Shown in pieces: positions 1 through 8,187 of a stretch of DNA of 20,000 nucleotides. Under the pieces are notes generated by a model. The model did no database searches and was not told where the DNA came from. It saw only the letters and a program-made list of their open reading frames with translations. The position numbers and the translations under genes were made by a program. The stretch lies in sequence record SRR22947727_1359. The stretch is one strand, 5' to 3'. Each line of letters starts with the position of its first letter. The stretch's first letter is position 1.

Positions 1-2
1 GG

Positions 3-767
3 ACGGAAGGTCGGATTAAAGAGTATTGGGATCTCTACACGCTCAACGATGACCTTGCGATGTCGGTGACGGACACGCTTTTCACGGCGCACCGACTTTA
101 CAAAGGCGACAAGTATCTCGAGGCCCTCAAACGATTTGGAGACTTTCTGATTCTCTCGCAAATGCCTGAACCTCAACCAGGGTGGGCCCAGCAGTACAAT
201 TACGAAATCCAACCGGTTTGGGCTCGAAAGTTTGAGCCGCCCGCGATTTCAGGTCGTGAAACCGAAGGCGTGCTTGCGACGCTGATGAAACTCGCGGTCT
301 ACACCAAAGACAAAAAATACCTCGAACCAATCCCAGCAGCACTTGCGTGGTTGAAACGTTCAACCCTGCCCAATGGCCAGCTCGCCCGCTACTACGAACT
401 TGAAACGAACAAGCCGCTCTACATGGAGCGCAGTGGCAAAGTGTATTCCCTGACTCATGACGATTCAAATTTACCAAGCCATTACGGCTGGAAAAACGAT
501 GCTCAGATTTCACATCTCGAAGCGGCCTTAGCTGCGATTTATGATCGCAAACCATTACCTGATCCAGTTTTTCCGCCGGAGACACCTGATCCAACGGTGG
601 AAAAAATCATTTCTAATCTGAATGCGGATGGCGCATGGATTTCAACATTCGCCGGTGAATTGTTGTCGGGGCAGCCCAAATTTCAGCCAGGCGAAAAATA
701 TATTCACAGTGGCGTTTTCAGTCGAAATATGGAATTGCTTTCGGCTAAGTTAAAAACAGCTCCGTGA
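3..767 (+). CDS. Pectate lyase-like protein, PL10 / PelA-Pel-15E (Pec_lyase) family; 5' end lies outside the window
   Basis: The frame is open from base 3 (TEGRIKEYWDLYTLNDDLAM...), so the ATG at 60 is internal. Motifs TLNDD, GWAQQYN, PVWARKFEPPAISGRET and ARYYELETNKPLY match the PL10 (alpha/alpha) lyase pattern. Confidence 0.8.
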   Translation, partial: TEGRIKEYWDLYTLNDDLAMSVTDTLFTAHRLYKGDKYLEALKRFGDFLILSQMPEPQPGWAQQYNYEIQPVWARKFEPPAISGRETEGVLATLMKLAVYTKDKKYLEPIPAALAWLKRSTLPNGQLARYYELETNKPLYMERSGKVYSLTHDDSNLPSHYGWKNDAQISHLEAALAAIYDRKPLPDPVFPPETPDPTVEKIISNLNADGAWISTFAGELLSGQPKFQPGEKYIHSGVFSRNMELLSAKLKTAP

Positions 768-1552
768 ATATTTACGAATACAACCGCAACGCGTGGAATT
801 TCCAATCAATCGAAGGCTGCCGATGGAGCACCCCCTACGATGACGAAGTTTTTGCCCGCGCCAAAAATCTGGACTGGTCAGTGATTCTGACCCCGAATAA
901 AGCCGTCCCTACGAGCTGGTTTCCCAATTCACACCCGGACTTAACCGGAACAGACATTCTCGCTCTCGCATCCGGTGGCGGACAACAGGTTCCGATATTT
1001 GCCTCTGCGGGAGCAAACGTGACCTCGTTCGACGCCTCAGACATTCAGCTCGACAAAGACACTGATGTTTGTGAAAAACTTGGACTGAAGATCAAAACCA
1101 TCCAAGGCGATATGGCCGACCTGTCGGAACTTGCTGACGAATCGTTCGATCTAATTTTTAATCCGGTTTCCAATGTCTTTGCCGAAAATCTTGAGCCAAT
1201 CTGGAATGAGTGCGCACGAGTCCTCCGTCGCGGCGGGAAGCTGATGTGCGGCGCGATGACTCCAGCATTCTACATCTTTGATCATGTGGAATCAGAGGAA
1301 ACCGGAAAGCCGGTTGTCGCCTACAAACTTCCGTATTCAGACATGGACGCCCTCGATGCAGAGCCGCTTTCTGAGCAACTCGAAGCACAACTTTCCGTCG
1401 AATACAGCCACAGCATGGAAGCTCAAGTCGGCGGGCAATGCGCTGCAGGATTTGCCGTTACCGGTTTTTACGAAGATGACTGGGATGATGAATCCACTGT
1501 TCTCAACGGATTGTTTCCGGTGATGTTTGCGACGTGCGCAGTGAAACTGTGA
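764..1552 (+). CDS. Class I SAM-dependent methyltransferase
   Basis: Motif I variant ILALASGGGQQ, then VTSFD, QGDMADL, FDLIFNPVS and ECARVLRRGG. The GTG start overlaps the upstream TGA (GTGA, 764-767). Confidence 0.9.
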   Translation: MNIYEYNRNAWNFQSIEGCRWSTPYDDEVFARAKNLDWSVILTPNKAVPTSWFPNSHPDLTGTDILALASGGGQQVPIFASAGANVTSFDASDIQLDKDTDVCEKLGLKIKTIQGDMADLSELADESFDLIFNPVSNVFAENLEPIWNECARVLRRGGKLMCGAMTPAFYIFDHVESEETGKPVVAYKLPYSDMDALDAEPLSEQLEAQLSVEYSHSMEAQVGGQCAAGFAVTGFYEDDWDDESTVLNGLFPVMFATCAVKL

Positions 1553-1570
1553 TCTAAAACTAATCCACGA

Positions 1571-1610
1571 AACAACAGGGTTGATTCATCGAACCAACCC
1601 TGTTTATTTC
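1571..1610. terminator. Hairpin between convergent genes, probably a bidirectional intrinsic terminator
   Basis: Arms AACAGGGTTG (1574-1583) and CAACCCTGTT (1595-1604), with T-rich tails on both strands (TGTTTATTT on +, TGTTGTTT on -). Confidence 0.65.
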
Positions 1611-1680
1611 AAATGGGCGATCCTGCGGAGCCGTTCCCGGCTGTCCTCAGACCGCTGGCAAGCCAGCTTTCCGCCCGTTT
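1611..1680 (-). other. Candidate three-way-junction structured element in the 3' region of the large multidomain gene
   Basis: Minus strand reads GGGCG-GAAA-GCUGG(CUUG)CCAGC-GGU-CUGAGGAC-AGCCG(GGAA)CGGCU-CCGCAG-GAU-CGCCC: a closing stem plus two tetraloop hairpins. Confidence 0.5.
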
Positions 1681-1690
1681 TTCGTTGAAC

Positions 1691-4600
1691 TCACTTCACG
1701 TTAAAGACGCCTTTCATCAACATGAAGTGCCCTGGGAACGTGCAGACAAACTCGTATTTTCCGGGCTTGGTTGGCGCGGTGAATTCGATGGTTTCTTCCT
1801 CGCCGTTATCGAGCATTTTTGTTCCGGCAATGATTTTATCGCTGTCGGGACGGAAGTCTTTGGCAAAGCCTTCGGCGCCCATGGCCATGGCGGCTTGTCC
1901 CATTTCCTGAGAGCTACCAGGCTGAACCACCAGCAAGTTGTGTGGCATGAAATCAGGATTCGCGAAGGTCAGTTTGATCTTCTTCCCTGCTTTGATGCTG
2001 AGCTCTTTCACATCGTAGCTCATCCGCTCGACGATTGTGCCAATCCGAATTTCAGTGAGCTCATCGGTATCGGAGAGAATTCCTGATTTCACCTTCGGGC
2101 CTCCGTGATCTTCTTCCAACGCAGCACCAGCACCTTTGGTGGGATCAGCATTGTACCAGTGATGCTGAACGGTTTGAGCAGCGACACGAGCATGTGGCTC
2201 GGGTGATTTCAGAAGGTTGCCGAGCAGTTTTCCATTCCGAACGTTGTGGGCTTGGTGAAGCCAGAGCGCCTCGGTCAAATGATGTGCGTCTTCGGCTTTG
2301 TTTACATTTAAACCCGCCATCCATTTTTCACAGGCAGCAATGACTTCTTTGGTGTCACGACCGCTCAATTCAATGCGAGTCCGGTGACGGACACCATCGA
2401 TGGGATGCTCCAGATTTTTCATCAATGCGGCAAGGGGCTCGCCGGCGATTTTCACAGACTCCTGAAGCGGACGCGTCTTGTGACTGATCCGCATGATGCG
2501 ACCGTGCTTGTGATCGCGATTGGGGTCTCGGATGTTGTGCTGCATGTGGCCGATGATAACATTCGCCCAATCAGACACGTAAAGCGCCCCGTCGTCTCCG
2601 AATACAGAATCGGTCGGTCGGAAATTTTTATCACCGCTGAGCAACAATCCTTTCGCTGTCATTTCATTACCGCCCATTTCAACGGTCAAATCAGTGCCCG
2701 AAGGCTCGCCCCAGACTTCTCCGAATTTCCGTCCGTCGCCGCCATCGCGATCGAGTCGATATTGTTTGATTCCGAGAAATCCAATTGAATTGCAGATTAG
2801 AAAATCCTGCTGCATTTCATCGGGGAAATGCGAGCTGGAAACGATCTCGTTCGCAGGAACAGGACGCACTTCTTTTTTCAGAAGCGGGTGCATTTTCCAG
2901 GACGATCCGTCAGGACGGACCTGATATGCACGACCACCGGTTCCGTCGGTTGCGTAGTGGTAGCCCCAGCCATCGAAGGCGATTCCGTGTGGATTTGGGC
3001 TGTTTCCGCCGTGCGTTGCGATGGTGTAACGACGGGGATCAAAACGATACATTGCGCTTGAACCAGTGCTTAGCGAAGTGCCCCAGGGATGCTCAATGTT
3101 GTTGTGCAGAAAAATCCCGCTCTGCCAATAAATACCACCGTCCGGGCCATAGATTAGGTTATTCGCCGCGTGGTGAGTGTCGGCAGAACCAATGCCGTGA
3201 GCAATCACGTGACGTTCGTCAGCAATGTCATCACCATCAGTGTCTTTCAGGAAAATCAGATTCGGCTGTGATGCCACGATCACCCCACCGTTCCAAAATT
3301 CAAAACCCAGCGGATTCGCAACCTTCGCAAACTCGATCACCTTATCAGCAACACCATCACGATCAGTGTCTTCAAAAATCAGGAGACTATCATCGACATC
3401 ACGAATCGGCGCCTGCTTCGGGTAAGTCGGCCAAACGGCAGCCCAAACGCGGCCTTTCGCATCGACCTGCATTTGCACAGGATTCACCAGCTTTGGAAAT
3501 TTCGCTTCATCCGCAAAGACATTGATTTGAAATTCGTCCGGCACATCCATCGTCGCCTTGCTTTCTTCGCTGGTCAGATAATTCACGGTCCCCTCTTTTT
3601 GAGAACTCGACATGTTGCCTTTGCCGCCCACATTCGAAACCACCTTGATCGGCTTCGGAACATTCGAGTCGTCGATTTCCAAATCACCGCCGTCGGCACG
3701 TGCCCAAATTTTCTTGTCGCGGTTTTCAGCCAAGGCATCAAGCATCAACATTTCGTAGCGCAAGACGTCGCCATTTGTCTGATCGCCAACAAATTTCAAA
3801 ATCGAACGACTTCCCCAAATGTCATTTCCATCGACTGCGCGATAGCGATCAAACCAGTTTGTATTTTTCTCCATCACCGCTTCGCGAAGCGGCTCAAGCG
3901 CGTCCGTTGCTGGGATTTTTTCACCAATGAGGGCTTCGGCAATCACTTCGCCAACGAGTTTGTTACCATACTCATTTAGGTGAATTCCGTTCATCGTCAG
4001 GGGTTCTTCAGACGATTTGTAAAGTGCCTGGCTCGGATTGAACAAATCCACAAACGCTACACCGCTATCAGCAGCCGCCTTTTTGGTCGCTTCGGTATAC
4101 GCTGCAAGTCGCTCATTATTTGCTTTTCCGTCAGGAAGATTCGGTGTTCCCAAATCTTCGTGAGCAATCGGGCTGAACAACACGATACGGGGGAATGATT
4201 CTCCGTTCGGCTTTACTGCGCGGAGCTTCGCAACGAGGTCCACCAACTTCTTCGTGTAATCTTCCGGCTTATCTTCAAAACTTTCGTTGTAACCAAAAAA
4301 GGAAAAAATCACATCGGCCTTTACGATTTGGAGATACCCATCAATCGGCGTGAATCCCTTATTTCGAGGGTAATAATCGGTGCGATCTCCGGAAAAACCA
4401 AGATTTCGAAACGTCAGATTTTTGTCTTTCTGACTGCTTTGAACGATCGATTCCATCCAACCGTCGTATTGCATCCGCTCAGCTAAACCGCTTCCGATCA
4501 TTGCCACTTTATCGTCGGCTTGAAATGCAAATTTCTCAGGATCCCTATAATCGGCAGGAACGTTAGCCGTGGCGGTCGCCCACAATTTCGGTTCCGGAAC

Positions 4601-5179
4601 GCTCTCTCTCTTTTTCTTTTTCGCGTCGCTTTTTTTGGCTGCCTTCCCGGGTTTGCCATTGTGAGCCAGCAATGTTGTTTTTCCCTTTTTCGTCAGATCA
4701 AAAGTGATCGATCCCTCAGGCGCCTCATTTTTTTCCCGAACAAAAACCGGCTCGCGTTTTGCATTCAGGATCGAGATTTTAAAATCATTCAATCGTGAAG
4801 CCAAACCGTCGTCACGATTCCAGATCTGAATTTTATCAATCTTTGCTTCTGCCCCAAGATCAACCTCCCACCACGGCGCTTTTGCGTCTTGCTTGGTGTG
4901 AGTCGCTCCTCCGTCTCCATAACTGGAGCTTTTATTCCCATCAATACCGCGCTCGGGCTTGCCGCCGGAAGCCTCACTCGACTGAGTTGCTTTTCCCCCT
5001 TTGGCAATATTCTTGCCGCCGGAAATCACTTCGACCTCCGCAAGCGTCAGGGTTCCGCCTTTGGGCAGTTCGATCCGGACAAATTGACCAGGCTTATCAG
5101 TGGTAACATCCTTCGCCAAAAGGCTTGGCGTCAGCCCAACTAGGAGCATCGCCAAAATTACGAGTGGGGATTTATTCAT
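1691..5179 (-). CDS. Secreted PVC-type multidomain 'membrane-bound dehydrogenase'-like protein: F-type lectin/F5-8C + SGNH-like + beta-propeller + HEAT + azurin-like cupredoxin (about 1162 aa)
   Basis: Start moved to ATG 5179, since [22 protein letters not shown] is a signal peptide. Lectin motifs [21 protein letters not shown] (~4694-5089). SGNH blocks [18 protein letters not shown] (~3925-4510). Propeller motifs [42 protein letters not shown]...HGRIMRI (~2485-3550). HEAT-like segment. Type-1 Cu ligands PHN...[10 protein letters not shown] at the C-terminus. Confidence 0.88.
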   Translation of the reverse strand: MNKSPLVILAMLLVGLTPSLLAKDVTTDKPGQFVRIELPKGGTLTLAEVEVISGGKNIAKGGKATQSSEASGGKPERGIDGNKSSSYGDGGATHTKQDAKAPWWEVDLGAEAKIDKIQIWNRDDGLASRLNDFKISILNAKREPVFVREKNEAPEGSITFDLTKKGKTTLLAHNGKPGKAAKKSDAKKKKRESVPEPKLWATATANVPADYRDPEKFAFQADDKVAMIGSGLAERMQYDGWMESIVQSSQKDKNLTFRNLGFSGDRTDYYPRNKGFTPIDGYLQIVKADVIFSFFGYNESFEDKPEDYTKKLVDLVAKLRAVKPNGESFPRIVLFSPIAHEDLGTPNLPDGKANNERLAAYTEATKKAAADSGVAFVDLFNPSQALYKSSEEPLTMNGIHLNEYGNKLVGEVIAEALIGEKIPATDALEPLREAVMEKNTNWFDRYRAVDGNDIWGSRSILKFVGDQTNGDVLRYEMLMLDALAENRDKKIWARADGGDLEIDDSNVPKPIKVVSNVGGKGNMSSSQKEGTVNYLTSEESKATMDVPDEFQINVFADEAKFPKLVNPVQMQVDAKGRVWAAVWPTYPKQAPIRDVDDSLLIFEDTDRDGVADKVIEFAKVANPLGFEFWNGGVIVASQPNLIFLKDTDGDDIADERHVIAHGIGSADTHHAANNLIYGPDGGIYWQSGIFLHNNIEHPWGTSLSTGSSAMYRFDPRRYTIATHGGNSPNPHGIAFDGWGYHYATDGTGGRAYQVRPDGSSWKMHPLLKKEVRPVPANEIVSSSHFPDEMQQDFLICNSIGFLGIKQYRLDRDGGDGRKFGEVWGEPSGTDLTVEMGGNEMTAKGLLLSGDKNFRPTDSVFGDDGALYVSDWANVIIGHMQHNIRDPNRDHKHGRIMRISHKTRPLQESVKIAGEPLAALMKNLEHPIDGVRHRTRIELSGRDTKEVIAACEKWMAGLNVNKAEDAHHLTEALWLHQAHNVRNGKLLGNLLKSPEPHARVAAQTVQHHWYNADPTKGAGAALEEDHGGPKVKSGILSDTDELTEIRIGTIVERMSYDVKELSIKAGKKIKLTFANPDFMPHNLLVVQPGSSQEMGQAAMAMGAEGFAKDFRPDSDKIIAGTKMLDNGEEETIEFTAPTKPGKYEFVCTFPGHFMLMKGVFNVK

Positions 5180-5210
5180 AAATTCAAAAAATAGGGGCTT
5201 CGAAATCAAA

Positions 5211-5219
5211 ATTCTATCA
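5211..5219 (-). promoter_or_regulatory. Candidate extended -10 promoter (TGnTAGAAT) for the multidomain gene
   Basis: Minus strand TGATAGAAT ends 31 nt upstream of ATG 5179. There is no good -35. Confidence 0.4.
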
Positions 5220-5399
5220 CGCAAACAAAAATGCGCTTGGATGAAACAGTCCACGATAATGCCTGAGATTTTTGTAACGCTCAAGTCACAAAAGTATCGA
5301 TTTTTCAGAGATTTGAATGGGCAAAACAAGATAGCGCTATCGCCGCAATCACTGCTCCATAAACCTCACCAAGTGGCGTCAATACGGAGCGGCAGAGGG

Positions 5400-5428
5400 T
5401 TGAACGGTCAATTTCCGGCTTCTATCTT
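5400..5428 (+). promoter_or_regulatory. Candidate sigma70 promoter TTGAAC-N17-TATCTT
   Basis: Canonical 17-nt spacing, with the -10 ending 8 nt before ATG 5437. Confidence 0.45.
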
Positions 5429-5436
5429 TCTAGACG

Positions 5437-8085
5437 ATGAAACAACGCTATTGGGCATGGATCATTCTTCTTGGTTGGAGCACTTCACTTTTTGCGGTTG
5501 AAGACGGCGCTCTATTTTTTGAAAAGGACATCCGCCCTATTTTAAAAACCCATTGTTTCCAATGTCATGGTGAAGAAGACGTCACCAAAGGTGGACTCGA
5601 CGTTCGTCTGGTTCGATTTCTGAACAAAGGCGGGGAATCCGGCCCTGCTTTAATTGCGGGGGATCCCGCCGGCAGTCATTTACTTACCCAGCTAAAAGAA
5701 GGTGAGATGCCTAAGGGAAAGGGAATGCTGCCCGATCATGAGATTGCAACGATCGAAAAATGGATTGCTCAAGGGGCGAAGGCCGCCCGTCCGGAACCGG
5801 AAAAACTCGGACCTGAGCACCTTTTCACGGAAGAAGACCGGCGCTGGTGGTCGCTCCAGCCTATCAAAAAGCCCGTTTTACCGGAAAGTGGATTCAAAAA
5901 CCCGATTGATGCATTTGTCGCGGCAAAGCTAAAATCGAATGGGCTGGAATTCTCTCCAGAAGCAGATGCGCGAACTTTGATTCGACGAGCTTCGTTTAAT
6001 CTCGCAGGCCTGCCTCCAACACCTGAAGAGGTTGCTGAATTTGGAAAAGATCCAGATTTTGGAAAACAGGTTGATCGACTACTCGCCTCACCATCCTATG
6101 GAGAACGATGGGGCCGCCATTGGCTGGATGTTGCTGGATATGCAGATTCAGACGGATACCACGCAAAAGATCTCGAGCGAAAGCATGCGTGGAGATATCG
6201 AGACTATGTCATCAAGTCGCTAAACGAAGACAAACCGTTTAATGAGTTTGTTCGTGAGCAGCTGGCCGGAGATGAAATCGCTGCGCTCGAAAAAATTCAG
6301 GCCAATTCACCGCCAGAGTTCGCCAAACGCTACGCTGAGTTAATCACGGCGACAGGATTCCTTCGCATGGCTCCCGATGGAACCGGAGCAAAAAGCGATA
6401 TTACTACTCGAAACGACTGCATCACTGCGACCTTAAAAATCGTCAGCACCTCGCTTTACGGCATGACGATTCAATGCGCTCAATGCCACGACCATCGTTA
6501 CGACCCCATTTCACAGGCGGACTACTATCGATTGCGAGCCGTTTTTGAACCCGGTTTTGATGTTCCTAAATGGCGCAGCCCCAATGCACGGCTGATTTCA
6601 CTCCAAACAAAAGCGGAAGCGGCAGAGGCTGCCGAAATCGAGAAAGAAGCCAAAAAAATAGATACCGAGCGGGTCGCGATGCAGACAAAATTCATCACCG
6701 AAGTGCTTGGAAAACTGCTCGCCGACGTTCCGGAAGCCGATCGTGAAGCCGTTAAGGTCGCCTACCGAACCCCGGCAAAGGAAAAAACTCCCGAGCAAAC
6801 CAAATTACTCACCGGATACCCCAAAGTCAAAAAACTGAGCGCCGGCTCACTCTACTTATACGACTCGACTTACAAAACCAAGCATGCCGCCACGATTAAG
6901 GAGATGGTGGCCAAAGCGACTGAAGTTCGTAAGAAAAAACCGGAAGCCAGAATGGTTCAGGCGTTCACGGAAACTCCAAAAAAGCCCGAGGCGGTAGCCC
7001 CAACCAAAGTGTTTTTCCGTGGCGATTATGAGTCTCCCACTAAAGAAGTGAAACCAGGAGACCTCTCCGTTTTGGCTGGCTGGCGTAAGGTTGAAATCGC
7101 AGATCACTCCGACGCGCTCTCATCCACAGGAAGGCGCCTTGCTCTGGCGGATTCATTAACGGACGGCAAGCACCCGCTTCTTGCCCGGGTCATGGTCAAT
7201 CGGGTTTGGATGCATCACTTTGGAAAAGGAATTGTTGAAACCGCCGGCGATTTTGGAGCGCTCGGAAACGACCCAACGCATCCGGATTTGCTCGACTTTC
7301 TTGCAGCGGATTTCATGGAGCACGGCTGGAGCCTGAAACGGCTTCACCGCCAAATTATGACTTCCAAAACATGGCAACAGAGTTCAACCCGCGATGCAAT
7401 ACGCGAAGAGATTGATCCAGACAACAATCTATTGAGCCGCCAGAATGTTCGCCGAATCGAAGCTGAAACGCTTCGCGATGCGCTGCTAGCTGTTTCAGGG
7501 AAGTTGAGCCCGAAACAATTCGGCAAAGCGATACCTGTCATGTTCGACACTCAGGGCTCTATCGTGATTGGAAATGACACCACTGACACAGCAGGTCGTC
7601 AGACCGGAAAGTTCATTTCGTTGGAAGGCGAAGAGTTTCGCCGAAGTGTTTATGTTCAAGTCCGTCGGACGCGCCCCATGTCGATGTTCCAAACCTTCGA
7701 TGCGCCTGACATGACCGAGCCCAACTGCGAGCTTCGCCCCGTCACAACAGTTTCGCCACAGAGCTTGTTGCTCATGAACAACACGGCGATGCGGGAATAC
7801 GCCCAATACTTTGCGGACCGAATGCAATCCGACGGCGGTTCTGATGTCGCTTCAAAAATCAAATTCGCCTGGGAGCATATCTACAATCGCACGCCATCCG
7901 CCGATGATTTGAAAGCGGCAACGGAATTTGTGGCCGCTCAGACTGAGTTTTATAAAGAGAATCCCGCGAAACTTGAAAAGATCGCGGGTCCAAAAGAGAA
8001 AGAAAATGCGGCCCCGGAACTCCTCGGGCTGACAGCTCTCAGCCACGCCTTGATGAGCGCGAACGAATTTCTCTACATCGATTAA
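5437..8085 (+). CDS. PSD1 / planctomycete cytochrome c domain protein (PSCyt1 + DUF1549 + DUF1553)
   Basis: Signal peptide. CFQCH (5554-5568), NPIDAF, GLPPT, YGERWGRHWLDVAGYADSDG, YRDYVI, CAQCHDH (CAQCH at 6475-6489), ARVMVNRVWMHHFGKG, PTHPDLLDFLA, RRSVY, terminal NEFLYID. Confidence 0.93.
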   Translation: MKQRYWAWIILLGWSTSLFAVEDGALFFEKDIRPILKTHCFQCHGEEDVTKGGLDVRLVRFLNKGGESGPALIAGDPAGSHLLTQLKEGEMPKGKGMLPDHEIATIEKWIAQGAKAARPEPEKLGPEHLFTEEDRRWWSLQPIKKPVLPESGFKNPIDAFVAAKLKSNGLEFSPEADARTLIRRASFNLAGLPPTPEEVAEFGKDPDFGKQVDRLLASPSYGERWGRHWLDVAGYADSDGYHAKDLERKHAWRYRDYVIKSLNEDKPFNEFVREQLAGDEIAALEKIQANSPPEFAKRYAELITATGFLRMAPDGTGAKSDITTRNDCITATLKIVSTSLYGMTIQCAQCHDHRYDPISQADYYRLRAVFEPGFDVPKWRSPNARLISLQTKAEAAEAAEIEKEAKKIDTERVAMQTKFITEVLGKLLADVPEADREAVKVAYRTPAKEKTPEQTKLLTGYPKVKKLSAGSLYLYDSTYKTKHAATIKEMVAKATEVRKKKPEARMVQAFTETPKKPEAVAPTKVFFRGDYESPTKEVKPGDLSVLAGWRKVEIADHSDALSSTGRRLALADSLTDGKHPLLARVMVNRVWMHHFGKGIVETAGDFGALGNDPTHPDLLDFLAADFMEHGWSLKRLHRQIMTSKTWQQSSTRDAIREEIDPDNNLLSRQNVRRIEAETLRDALLAVSGKLSPKQFGKAIPVMFDTQGSIVIGNDTTDTAGRQTGKFISLEGEEFRRSVYVQVRRTRPMSMFQTFDAPDMTEPNCELRPVTTVSPQSLLLMNNTAMREYAQYFADRMQSDGGSDVASKIKFAWEHIYNRTPSADDLKAATEFVAAQTEFYKENPAKLEKIAGPKEKENAAPELLGLTALSHALMSANEFLYID

Positions 8086-8120
8086 GAGCCGATCGCCTTT
8101 CAACTTTTCTGTTAGGGCAC

Positions 8121-8161
8121 AAAAAAACAGGGCCCGATGAAATGAATCACCGAGCCCTGTT
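8121..8161 (-). terminator. Rho-independent terminator of rpsB-tsf
   Basis: Minus strand ACAGGGCUCGGUGA-UUCAUU-UCAUCGGGCCCUGU forms 14 bp including 2 G-U pairs and runs into a U tract. It starts about 27 nt after the tsf stop. Confidence 0.85.
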
Positions 8162-8187
8162 GGAATTGATTTTAGACGAAGCCTAAA

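Noticed and set aside
1611..1680. Hammerhead ribozyme, because the minus strand contains CUGAGGA and GAAA next to hairpins
   Set aside because: The order and context are wrong. No GAAA follows the stem after CUGANGA, and there is no UH cleavage site with a stem I.
5180..5329. 50-aa N-terminal extension of the 1212-aa ORF
   Set aside because: It is AT-rich intergenic sequence. The signal peptide begins at ATG 5179 and a promoter-like element lies inside the extension.
1613..5501. Many plus-strand ORFs of 60-246 aa opposite the large minus-strand gene
   Set aside because: These are antisense shadow ORFs with no recognisable motifs. The same applies to short ORFs overlapping the other genes.
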